DNA of 64,000 nucleotides from Vicugna vicugna (lineage: Eukaryota): NCBI GenBank assembly GCA_013265495.1, contig MU057984.1, positions 1 to 64,000 on the forward strand, read 5' to 3'. The position numbers and the translations under genes were made by a program. Of the stretch, positions 38,401 to 49,800 are shown one piece after another. The notes beneath the pieces are model-generated. The model had not been told where the DNA came from and ran no database searches. It worked only from the letters and a program-made list of their open reading frames with translations. Within the stretch, counting starts at the first letter, position 1. Each line of letters opens with the position of its first letter.

Positions 38401-38506
38401 AGAGAGAGAGAGGGAGAAAGGGAGAGAGGGAGAGATAGAGGGAGAGTGGGAAGAGGGACAGGGGGAGAGGGGGAGAGGGGGAGAGAGGGAGAGAGAGGGA
38501 GAGAGA
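38401..38506. repeat. GA-rich polypurine low-complexity repeat
   Basis: (GA)n/(GGGA)n/(GGGGGAGA)n units are directly visible. Confidence 0.85.
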
Positions 38507-39556
38507 TGACGTATAACTTAACATAGGAACTAAGAACCCATGCTGGCTTTGGCTGAGATGTATAATATTAATCGATTTTATTGATTGACATCGATCCACT
38601 ACCTCTATGGTTCAAATGCCCATATCTTTTCTGCTCTGCAATGGCCAGTTTATTGCAGACCAATGTGTGCCTTCATTTTCCTGCCATTTTGAGGGCTCTT
38701 AAGTCTCCAGCCCGCACTTAGCCATTTTTATAATTCCTCTGAAGGGAACAGGCCACTTCCAGATACTCGCTGACTCACCACATTGAGGGACGAGCACTCA
38801 CAATTTGCGGCTCTAGATTTCAGATGCTAAAGCGGCTTTGGGACTTCTCCAGGGGCCTTTCACTAACCTCTCTTTATGGTTGGGTCCCACTAACTCTGTC
38901 TAGGTTTCTCACACACACCAAACCCTATTAGGTGACCCTGGAGTATTTAATCCACAATGTCACTCCCTTGATCACCTCTGCCAAATACACAGGTTCTTTA
39001 TCTGTCTATAGTCGGGAAACTGTTCTGACATCCTCATATAATCTTTTGAGTTAAACACATATGGCATAAACTCTAGCCCTGCTTTCTTCAGGGCTGAGTT
39101 TCTTGGAATGCCAGATTTTCACAACTCATGTGTTTCATGAGTTTATAAAATCTTCTTAGAAACTCACTTGACTTCTTTAATTCCCAGCTGAGTTAGCCCT
39201 TTCTTGACTCAAGGAATACCCCTAAACCAATGAGTGTCCAAAATTGTTTTAAAAAAAAAACAGGAGAAAGAAAAACTCTGGTTATTGTCAAAATATCGCC
39301 TCCTGCCAAACTTATAACAAAGACTTGTGGCTAGCTGAATGGCTGGGATAAAATGAATAACATTTTATTGGGATATCTGTATTAACTCGAGTTTAAAAGG
39401 ATTTCTTGTGAGAAAACCAAAGCTGTGATAATGTTAAATGACATGTTTGAGATCACAGTGCTAATTAACAGCAACTCTGGGAACAGAAATGTGCAGTGTT
39501 TTCTAGTTGTCAGAAACTCTAACCTTGGAAAGGTGAAATAGAAAGTGGCTTCAAGC

Positions 39557-39890
39557 TGTAAAAAATAAATGGAAACCTCAATTAAATAGAGTCAGGAAAC
39601 CAAAAGGGGAGCTCTCACACCCTGTGATGGTTGCAGAGTCCAACAGGTACAAAGAAGAAAGGCTTCTCTTCTTCCCTGGCAAGGACTCAGCCAATGAAAA
39701 GCCATGAACATTTTGTTTACTATAGCCAGTCCAGCTTCCCTTTCCCCTCTAAAAAGAATTCTCCTCTTGCTAGATGGGGATTCGCATGTGGCTCTCCATG
39801 GTTGTAGACTCGAATTGCAACCCTGCTGATCCTGAATAAAGCCATCTTTGCTGGAGACAGAACTGGCGGTCTACTTGCTTCTGGTCAACA
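39557..39890 (+). mobile_element. Short ERV1-class solo LTR
   Basis: TGTAAAAAAT...GGTCAACA; AGCCAATG, AATAAA at 39835; TSD AAGC/CAGC. Confidence 0.75.
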
Positions 39891-39905
39891 CAGCTAGCTC
39901 AACAT

Positions 39906-40060
39906 CAGTGTTTCACAAGCATGGCTGTGCACTAGATCAACCACAGAGCTTTTGCAAAATACATGTGACTCTCCAACAGCAAGTATGCAGGTTCTCCAGT
40001 CCTGGGTTAGGTTCCAAGCTCTTGTATTTAAAAATAATCTCCAATGATAGTTTCTATGCT
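39906..40060. mobile_element. MER5-like hAT-Charlie DNA transposon fossil
   Basis: CAGTGTTTCACAAGCATGGCTGTGCACTAGATC..AAATACA..CAGTCCTGGGTTAGG..TGTATTT, the MER5 pattern. Confidence 0.55.
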
Positions 40061-41529
40061 CTGTAAAATAAACAAAGCTGAAGAGTACATGTAATACACA
40101 CCCAATCAGCCTCAAATGTTACCTTCCCAAGGATTCCTTCTGGCAGCTTTTCCTCGGTCTCTTCCAGCTCCCAAAGACTCCGTGCGAGGCAGTGAAGGCA
40201 GGCATCAGCTCTGATGAATGCACAGCTTGAAGCAATGATTTTAACACTTTTGTGGGCTTCAGGATCATCTAAGATGCTTGTTAAAAATGCAGTTATCAGG
40301 TGCCACTTCCAAGCTGACTGAACTGTTTTACGGACACTGCATAATGGGTAATTAATAAACAAGTATATACTAGGGTTTGATCTGAAGCCTGTTTTTATTA
40401 TAACCTGGAAGGAAGGCTTCGGGTCCTGTTCAGCCCTTACCCATCTCAAACCTTTTGACTGTTCTTGTTGTGTATCTACTGAAAAGAATGAATAGATGTG
40501 TGTGACCACGTTGGTGCAGGTCATAGGGCTTATTTATCCACACGTTCGCTTCCAGTAGTTGAACCACCCTTCCACTGGAGACTGCAGTCTGTCTCCTGGT
40601 CTTGGCTTTGGAACATCATCTGCAGTGAGTAGGAAGCAAGCATACTCATCTGTTGGAGGATTTGGCAGGATGACATGTAAAAACACTGCCTCAAGTATTT
40701 CTGAGCCTGCTCATAGAAATACCAGCACTCTTCCAAACCTATAACATGAGCTGTGACGTTGACTAAGCACTGAGCTGGAAAGCACCGAATTTGCTGAATG
40801 ATAAATGCCTCATTGGAGAACAGAAAATTCCTGCCAAGCACAATCTGGCACTCAATAATTTTCAGGGAACACAGATGGCAAGAGTATTTGGACCTAAACA
40901 GCTCTGGCGACCTAGAGATTTTGTTTGTAGTTTAATTACTTTGCAGGTAAAACAGAGGACAGATGTATCACACTAGGTCCAACAGCAGGATGAACCTAGG
41001 TACTGGCCCAAGCCATCACTCCTTGGCTCCTTGCAGAGATAAGAGTCCAAAAATCTGTGTGGTGAGCCCCATAGTCCATACTGCCAGACAAGGCAGCTGA
41101 GAACCATTAGGAGAAATGCCCCTGTGATGATAATTATTAGGGCAGCCTCCTCACCAATAGAGAGTGGATGTCTAGTGGGAGGAAAATCTGAGAGAAGGGG
41201 GAGAAAAGTTATGAAGAGAAATAAAGCAGAAAAAGAACGGGAAGATGAAATTACAGAATTAAAGGGGATTCTGGCAAGACACTCAGGAAATCCTATTATG
41301 GCCAAGAATAGCCTATCTCCTGAGCTGCTCTGCTGTCTGCTCCAGATCCAGAGAAGCCTAAAGACTGTGGAGAAATCAGAAAACCCCAAAGAAGTGACAC
41401 CTGAAGAGCACTGAAAGGAAACAAAACAAATGCCACTTTCTTATGGAAAAAATATTCCCTTCGTGACTGGTCACATTCAGTGAAGTGACAGCGATATAAC
41501 TGTCTTTTTTACGTATTACTCTAACTGCA

Positions 41530-41641
41530 CTCTGGAAACTTTGAATGGAGGCATGATGTGCTATTTATTGTGGTATCCCCAGTGCAAAGCATAACATTGA
41601 CAAGTTGTAGGTGTTTAGTACATGTTTGTTGAATGAATGAA
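41530..41641 (+). mobile_element. L2 3' end
   Basis: GTATCCCCAGTGC..ATGTTTGTTGAATGAATGAA tail. Confidence 0.75.
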
Positions 41642-41934
41642 CATAGCAAAAACGCCTCTGTTTAAGTGGGAGAGTGCGGCAGATGAGACATGAATTCTAC
41701 GGGCATATGTAATGACTCCCTGACTTCAGAAATTGTGTCCCTTTGTTCTCTTATTTACTGTTTCCTTTCTCTTTCCCTCTGTTATTTCTTTCTTTCCCTT
41801 TCCCACATTTCTTTCTGATCCGTCATCCATTTCCTTCCTCCCTCTCTCCCTTTTTTCTGAAATTGAGGGAACTGAGGCTAAATAGGGCTAGATGACATTT
41901 CCAACTTCTTTCCTGAAGGTGATGGTCCAGCTAG

Positions 41935-42506
41935 TGTAAGCAGCTCTTCTGCTCCTTCCCTGTTTACTTCTGTTCCCCTGAAATCTTCATTATAAAAGTG
42001 AGATTACTAGGTAACATTTAACCTAACTCCTGACTTCTGCTCTACTGAATGGACGCAATCCCTTGCCCAACCTGTTGATTCCTTTCCTGGATTAAAAGGA
42101 GTCAGAGTAAAGAGTTAAGTAGTTAAAGAATGACTGACTTTCTGCCCCCAGCTTCCTCCTTAGCAAATTTGCAGGCAGACCCCACAGGCAAGAGAGCACC
42201 CAACTGCAGGCGCGCCACGCGGGCAAGACAGCATCCGAAGGAGGATCAGGGGATGTCAGCAGGTCTGCGTGCGATGGAAAAATGACAGTCTGACCTCCTA
42301 TATTAGTGATTAAGTGAGACTGTGTCCCCTTTTCCCCTTTAAAAATTGTCATGGCTGAGCAGAATCTTCAGTGTTGGTCCCCAGACATGAGTTCGCCTCA
42401 CCAGATTTCTGGTTTTTCTGAGTAAATCACCTTTCCTTTCTACTGACACTTGCCTCCTGATTATTGGCTTTTGAGCTGCGAGCAGCTGAACCTGAGTTTG
42501 GGAACC
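41935..42506 (+). mobile_element. MER41-like ERV1 solo LTR
   Basis: TGTAAGCAG start; 3' end ATTGGCTTTTGAGCTGCGAGCAGCTGAACCTGAGTTTGGGAACC resembles the MER41 U5; TSD CTAG/CTGG. Confidence 0.65.
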
Positions 42507-43074
42507 CTGGGACAAAGATAATTCCTTGTGTCACCCAACCCAGGTCTCTTTTTTCTACATCATACACAATCCCTCTAGTTTTGATTTATGTACAATCGAA
42601 GAGAGCCAAGCTGTCACCATGACACTGAACGAAGCTCTTAATTACTCTCTAGGCATTGCTCTGAAATTATGACATTGAAAGAAATTAGTGGCACTTCACA
42701 CTCTGCTGTATTTCAGGCATAGGAAATGCTCAGTTGTGAGGGCCATTAAAAGGACAGACATGAGTGACAGGAAACAAATTCTGTTAATAAGTATGTGTCA
42801 AAAAGTACAATAAGTGTGGATTATCAACACAATAAATGTTTTCTAAAACTGATTGCTCTGAATTTCAACTACTATCATGGGCTTTGTCACACTTCAGCTG
42901 TATCCTCACAGCACCCAAATTAAAATGAAAGTATGAAAAACCTGTCAGTTCATATTTGTTTGTGTATACAATTCCATAAATGTGTATGTTGTTTTTCTAG
43001 TTAAATCCATCTGTTATTTTGGTATCGTGTAGATGTATCCACAATTATCACTTTACTTTTGTACTGCCAAGCGA

Positions 43075-43275
43075 ATGTTTCAGGAGGCAGAAGACTTGAC
43101 TTTGATAGCCCCTCACTAACCTGGAAACAAGTTACTTAGCCATAGTCCTACCCACTAATATTAAAACTGGTAATAAATACCCTTACACTATTTCATGGAG
43201 GATTTTGAGGGCAAATTAAATAACATTCGATGCATAGAGAAAGTTTTCCAAGGGCCAGTAAAAAGCATTATTCAT
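43075..43275 (+). mobile_element. MIR SINE
   Basis: GGAGGCAGAAGACTTG..ACAAGTTACTTA..TAAAACTGGTAATAA..GAGGGCAAATTAAATAA. Confidence 0.55.
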
Positions 43276-44226
43276 TTAATTTTTTTAAGTGGAGTGAAAT
43301 GGTAATATTTGCCGAGGGAATCGGAAGCACTATGCAGAATCAACCAGCTTTATTTCCTCTCACGCATATTCTTACTTTCCCCCAGAACTAATGAGTCCTG
43401 ACTCTGCTCAGCAATAGTGCATAATTGCATCTGAAGTTCTACTGAGGTTTTGCTCTATTGTTGGTTCTTTTTTTCTCTTGCATTTGTACCTTCCACTTAA
43501 ATTTACTTTCTCATATATGCTTTGCTTATTAGAAATTGTGCTTTAGGGAAACTATTTTAATTTTTTATTCTTTTACCTTTAGCAGTGATTTCCTGATGCA
43601 GTTAAATTTAAAGGGTTGGAAGGGGAGAAGCTGTAGGCAGGGGGGTAATTTGGAGGCCACTAGCTTGTGAATCAGTTAAGCCCTTGGTGAGTGATAATCA
43701 AGAAAGCCATAAATTATAAACAAGAAACAAAGTATACTGTTTGTCTGTGTGTGACCCAGAATTATCTTAGTTTTTGTCTGCTTTGTAAAGATATGATAAA
43801 TGAGATTAACATTTTCTAAGCACTGGAACTTTAGAGCAAAAGTTATACCTATAAATAAAATTTCTGGTCAGTACCCCTCAGTCTTCTCTTTCATCTGATA
43901 GGAAGTGCTAAAATGGCAAAACACAAAAAAGGGAGAAAGCAAAATGGGTAACACAGAAAAAGTAGGTAGTTGGAGACAATTTATTGACATAATAAGTCTT
44001 AGAAATTGTTCTTATTGTGTACAATAAAGAGAACATAGCAAAGTTGAATCTTGAGCGCTGGAAGAGAGAAGATTCCACAAGTGACTGCGTACCATGGGAA
44101 AGTTGAATGAGATGTTAGTGAGGGGGTGGATGGATGAAACTGGCTTGTAGGATTTTGCTGGGTTTTGGGGTTTGAGCATAAAGTTATCCTGGGGTGAGTT
44201 AATGTGCCATAAATCTCTATGTCTGA

Positions 44227-44363
44227 CATGCACCCCAATGTTTGTAGTAGCACTGTTTACAATAGCCAAGACATGGAAGCAACCTAGATGTCCATCAACA
44301 GATGACTGGATTAACAAGTTGTGATATACATATATATCACATACACGCGCACGCGCATGCGCG

Positions 44364-44407
<44 letters not shown>

Positions 44408-44876
44408 GGAATACTAAGCAGCCATAAAAAATAATAAAATAATGCCATTTACAGCAATATGGATGGACCTGGAGAATGTCATTCTAAGTGAAGTAAGCCA
44501 GAAAGAGAAGGACAAATATTTACCATATGATATCACTTACATGCAGAACCTAAAAAAATGACAAATGAACTTATTTATAAAACAAAAACAGCCTCATAGA
44601 CATAGAAAACAAACTTATGGTTACCAGGGGGGCAAGGGGGGTGATGGAAGGATAAATTGGGAATTTGGGATTTGCAGATACTAACTACTATATATAAAAT
44701 AAACAACAAGTTTCTACTGTATAGCACAGGGAACTACACTCAATATCTTATAATAACCTATAATTAAGAGGAATATATATATACACACATATATATGTAT
44801 ATATAACTGAAAATTATGCTGTACAACAGATATTAACACATTATAAACCAACTATACTTTAATAAAAACTTAAAAA
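44227..44876 (+). mobile_element. Young L1 3' fragment
   Basis: CATGCACCCCAATGTT..GTATAGCACAGGGAAC..AATAAAA plus A-tail. TSD AAATCTCTATGTCTGA / AAATTCTACATCTGA. Confidence 0.88.
44338..44405. repeat. Compound (CA)/(CG)/(CA) microsatellite
   Basis: 68 bp of unbroken purine-pyrimidine alternation, including (GC)7 at 44359-44372. Confidence 0.9.
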
Positions 44877-45329
44877 AAATTCTACATCTGATTGGGTGTG
44901 GAAAATTGTCCCTGAGTAGGCATGGAAGTTTCCTTTGAGCAAACAGATACAGGGCTTGTTAATACACTTTAATCAAGGCTTTTCCAATAGGAATCTGGGA
45001 CTACTTCAGAGACAGAATTATGATCCTGTGCAGAAACTAGTGGAAATCAAGCTGTTTTTAAATGGTACAATTATCAGATTTAAATCAACTTTAGGTTAAA
45101 CATTCTTCTTCCCCCAAAGTCTAAGAACCTCTGAAAATGTTCTGTATATATAGTTACATTGTGTTGTTTAATGCTTTGTGACTTGTGACTTATTTTGGTT
45201 TCTTATGGTGTTAAACAAAAGTTCATGTTAACTCACTGAACTAAATGACTTCCTGGCTTTTGTTTTGCTTTTTTGTTGGTTTGTTTTCGGCTTTCCCATA
45301 ATCCTACAGTTTAAAATACTCAAGACTTT

Positions 45330-46055
45330 GAAGCAACTTGTTAAGCCCACAGGCCATGGATTTAGATTGCCTTATTGCAAACCCCATTCATACTATTGAC
45401 TAGAAAGGCACCCTTAGGCCACCCTGTTTTTCAGTTTGCTTACTTGGTAAGTTGAGAGAGGGAAGTGGTATCTAGACTTCTTACTGATAGAGATGTGAGA
45501 ATTTTATCATATAGATCTTCCTTGACTTATGATGGCGTTACACCCTTATAAACTCATCACTGAAAATACTATACGTTGAAAATGCATTTAATACATCTAA
45601 TCTACCAAACATCATAGCTTAGTCTAGCCTACTTTAAACGTGCTCAGAACACTTACATTAGCAAGATTATCTAACAGAAAGCCTGTTTTGTAAGAAAGTG
45701 TTAGTAACTAATGTCATTTATTGAATACTGTACTGAAAGTGAAAAACAGAATAGATGTATGGGTACAGAATGGTTTTAAGTGCATTGGTTATTTACCCTC
45801 CTGCTGGTATGGCTGACTGGGAGCTGTGTCTCACTGCCACTGTCCAGCATCACAAGAAAGTACTGTAGGGCATAGTGCTAGTCTGGGAAAGGATCAAAGT
45901 TCAAAATTCTAAGTATGGTTCTGACTGAATGTGTGTGGTTTTTGTACCATCACGAAGTTGAAAAATTGTTAGTTGAACCATTGTAAGTCAGTATTGTCTG
46001 TATACCATGTGTCAAACTCATACTAAGCATTAAAGAAAGGTCAACTATTAAAATA
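45330..46055 (+). mobile_element. MIR SINE split by the Tigger insertion
   Basis: TTGTTAAGCCCACAGGC..TTTCAGTTTGCTTAC on the left; CATACTAAGCATTAAAGAAAGGTCAACTATTA tail on the right. Confidence 0.5.
45512..46000. mobile_element. Tigger5b/MER47-type TcMar DNA transposon (non-autonomous)
   Basis: TIRs TAGATCTTCCTTGACTTATGATGG / CCATTGTAAGTCAGTATTGTCTG, flanked by TA. Body CATCATAGCTTAGTCTAGCCTAC..GTGCTCAGAACACTTACATTAGC. Confidence 0.85.
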
Positions 46056-46129
46056 ATTATGCAGTATATAAAACTCATTTCTCTTGTCTCTGTGACTTGA
46101 TCCTTGTCATAAAACATAAATAGAGATTT

Positions 46130-48030
46130 AGGAGTGATGTCAGCAAGATGGCAGAATAGGAACCCTCAGACCCCATTCCCCATAGAGACACTGACTTATC
46201 AACAATATATCGTCCAGAAAGCCTTCACAAAAACTTCAGAAACCAGTTAAGATGACTCAGTACTCCAGAAGAGGGCAAAGTCAAGAACAGCCACGATGAA
46301 ATGGGTAAGAAAAGTTGTTGCATTTCACCCATGATAGCCCTTCCCAAAGCGTCACACAACTTGGTGTGATTAGAAGAAAACGCTCAACTCAGTGCTTCTC
46401 CTTTGGAGGGAAAGAGAAAAGTGGAACATACACCCAATAATCCAGCTATTGAGGGGCCTGCCTGAGGGAGCGGATTCTGTCTCACCTGACTTAGAGTACT
46501 GATGAGTAACCAGCTTATTTTTGAAGCCTGGGGGCTGCTGAGAACAAAGTAGAGCTTGGTGGCTTGTAGCAGCACCAAAGAACCTAGAGAACAATAATAT
46601 AAACTAGAGGGAACAAGAGACTACAAATTCTGGAAAATCTGTATAGTTAGGACATTACAGGCACAGGCACAGGCACAGAGGAGACACATCCTCAGAAAAC
46701 GTGTGAGAGGCCCCGAGAATCTCTAGCCCGGTTGACTGGTAAGGGTCTTCTGCATAGAGTCACTCCATAAAGACTGGAAGAGGTGGATGTTTTTTCAAAT
46801 ACCCAAATCCCAGCAAAAAACAACAAGGTGCACAAAGACACAGGGAAATATGGCTCAATCAAAAAATAAAATAAATCTCCAGACATTGACACTGAAGAAA
46901 CAGACATCTGAGAATTTACTGACAAAGAATTCAAAACAATTGTCTTTTGGAAGCTCAATGAGCTTCTGTCAAAAACAAAAACACAGAAAGTAACATGTGT
47001 TGGTGAGGATGTACAGAGAACCCTTGTACACTGTTGGTGGGAATGTAAAATGGTGCAACTGGGATGGAAAACAGTATGGAGGCTCCCCCAAAAATCGGAA
47101 ATGGAATTATCATGTGATCTAGGAATCCTACTTCTAGGTACATATCCAAAAGAATTGAGAACAAGATCTCAGAAGTATTTGCAATCCAATGTTCACTGCA
47201 GCATTATTCTCAATAGCCAAGAGGTGGATATCCAACACTGATGAATGGATAAAAAAAATGTGGCATATGCACACAGTGAAGTACCATTCATCCTTAAGAA
47301 GGTGGAAATCCCATCATAGACCACAATATGGATGAGGATACTATGCTAAGTTAAGTAAGCCAATCACAAAAGAACAATTATTGCACTTATAATTATTCCA
47401 CTTACAGGTGGTATTTAAAATAGTTAAATTATTAGAAACAGAAAATAGAATGGTAGTCGCCAGGACCTGCAGGTATGGGGAAAGGGGCAGGGGGAGGGGG
47501 CTATCTTTTGTTAAAATCAAGATAACAGGTCCAAAATGGAGCCGTTTATGCTAAGCTCCACATCATCAAACTGAGGCTTAACTTAATTACAGTTTCGGCT
47601 TTCCCACAAATGGTATCTTAAACCGGTCAATCAGAAATCACCTAACCAGCACTAGTTAGATCATCTGCCTGACAGACCCCTGCCACTGCCTAAAGTGACC
47701 TTGGAATAACCACCCCTCCTCTTTTTCTGTCTAGTATGATTTTCCTGTTCCTACTCCCCTCTGCCTATAAGTCTTTCATTTTGTGCGGCTCTTCACAGCT
47801 CCCTTCTTTCTGCCAGATTGGATGCTGCCTGGTTCATGAATCATTGAATAAAGCCAATAAGATCTTTAAAATTTACTAAGCTGAATTCCATTCTTTAACA
47901 CTTTCAGTGGGTACAGAGTTTCAGTTTTACAAGATGAAAATTTTCTGGAGATCTGTTACACAGCAATGCGGTTATTGAAAATGGTTAAGATTTTAAATTT
48001 TGTTAAGTGTTTTTTAACACAGAAAAAAAA
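46130..48030 (+). mobile_element. L1 with 5'UTR and ORF1 start fused to ORF2 C-terminus and 3'UTR (large internal deletion)
   Basis: Begins GATGTCAGCAAGATGGCAGAATAGG; ORF1 N-terminus (ACAGGGAAATATGGCTCAATCAAA..GAATTCAAAACAATTGTC). At ~46965 it jumps to AACATGTGTTGGTGAGGATGT. A-run at ~48023-48030. Confidence 0.85.
47509..47900 (+). mobile_element. ERV1-class solo LTR nested in the L1 3'UTR
   Basis: TGTTAAA...TTTAACA inverted termini, AATAAA at ~47847, perfect TSD CTTT (47505-47508 / 47901-47904). Confidence 0.88.
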
Positions 48031-48344
48031 GATTTCATGCTAGGGTACACTCTAAAAAATTTATACTTCATCTATTCCCTTCTATTCCTATGCCAGCATT
48101 TTGTCACCATTTCTCTTTTATTGTCTCTTCTCCTTGAACTTGTCACTACTTCCATTTCCCTTGCCTTCTGAATTTCTTACTCAATGCCAAGTGCTTGAGA
48201 ATTGCTTTCAAATTCCTTTAATAAATGCTTATTTAAAAAAGTACATGACTCTGAAGTTTCAATCAACAGATGTTGGTCTAAACCACAATTGTTTCTCCAT
48301 GCTACACCAACCTGTAGCTACAGTCAGCTCTTTGAGTAATCAAT

Positions 48345-48856
48345 CGTTGGGGAGGAAAAATAATTTTCTCTCTACCCTTCAGTTTTTTGGTATAATAAAA
48401 TATGGATTAACAGGAGAAAAGCAAAGAGAAGTTTAAACACATGTATAGCTGCTGTGGACATGGGAAAGACCCAAGAAAACTGAGTAACTCCCTAATATGG
48501 CCCAAACCATCACCAATATTACCACACTCAGCTAAAGACAAAACATGTTGGGGGTGGGGGGAGTTATGGGAGGTTATCAGGCAAATCACAGTAAACAGGG
48601 TGTGTTTGTTCTGCAGATTTCAGTCGTTGCCTTCTCCATTCATAAGAGTTTCTAGAATTCTCCTCTTACTGGTACAGAGAAGGAGACACTCTCACACATG
48701 GAGATTTCCTTTATAAATTTAAATTTATCTCACAAAGGGTAACTTCTACTTGGTTTTCAGAGTTTCTCCTGTATCTATTTCTTAAAAATAAGTGGCTCAA
48801 AATAATCCTAATGCCAAAGAGACATATTTTGGGGTGGCATATTCTGCTCCCCTTCG
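48345..48856 (-). mobile_element. MER34-like ERV1 solo LTR
   Basis: GGGGAGGAAAAATAATTTT...GACATATTTTGGGGTGGCATATTCTGCTCCCCTTC; homologous to 31802-32308. Confidence 0.8.
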
Positions 48857-49379
48857 GTATAAACCAATTCTAAAACTACGGAAGGTATAGTAAAATGCAC
48901 CTCCAAAGATAGTAAAGGCCAAAACATATTACCCAAAACCAAAACCATATCAAAACAGAAAAAAACATAAACTGAGTGTCCATCAGTAGTTTCCTTTCTG
49001 GACATTTTATCTTTTACCAATTGCCTCCTCTGTCTCTTTGAAACCTGTCTTACAGATTTCCCTTCTCTTTTATGAAAACTTCCTCAAAAGATAAACAATG
49101 TAAGTCTGACCTTCCTTCGTAAAGCGGAATTTCCCATTTCTATTTAGAAGTTACTGTTTTGCTGGGATTATCAGTATATTTAGCACACCACTTTGCAAAG
49201 AATATTCACGTTAGAGAAAGGAAAGAGGAGGCAGGGTTTAGTATTTGAGGCTGCTTTTCCATTTATTTTTTATGTTTTTATTTTCTGAGTTTCTACATCA
49301 TATTGAACACTGTATTAGGAAGAGAGGATTAAAAAACAATAATAACAATAACAAAACAATCTATAGTTTTCTTAACGAT

Positions 49380-49800
49380 CCTAGTCAGGGACTATATTAG
49401 AAACTCAGCTTGAAAAGAATAAAGTCTACTAAAAAAAAAGAAAAGAAAAGAAAGAAACTCAGCTTGAACAAATTTAAGCACAAAGGGGACTTTACTGACT
49501 CCAGTAACCAAGGGAAGGTGGGCGGCGGTGCGGCCAGGCCCCTGGGATGGTGGGAAGTGGTGCTCTCTCTGTCGGGCTCTGTTGCTCTGTGGTGGTCTCC
49601 TTCATCTTCTGAAAGCCAGCTTCTTCCACAAGGGCTTCAGCCTGGCTCTGACAGCTCCTGTCCTCACAGCTTCCCCATCAGAAAGGGGCTGAGCGGAACC
49701 CACATCCCAGAGAGGCACTCTGACTCCTCGGCACAAGAGTCCACATCTTTGTGTCCAACAAGATGCAAGGCTGCAGTTGGCAGCCTCCACTAGGATCCTT
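49380..49800 (-). mobile_element. Old MaLR (MLT1-type) LTR fragment
   Basis: GTCAGGG..AGAAACTCA..TTAAGCACAAAGGGGACTTTACTG resembles the reverse MLT1 3' end. Boundaries approximate. Confidence 0.45.
49415..49452 (+). mobile_element. 38-bp polyadenylated retro-insertion of unknown source
   Basis: AAGAATAAAGTCTACT plus an A-rich tail, between perfect 16-bp TSDs AGAAACTCAGCTTGAA (49399-49414 / 49453-49468). Confidence 0.75.

Noticed and set aside
40054..41414. Cluster of 96-156 aa ORFs in unique sequence
   Set aside because: The ORFs overlap on both strands, with no recognisable protein family and no convincing exon boundaries.
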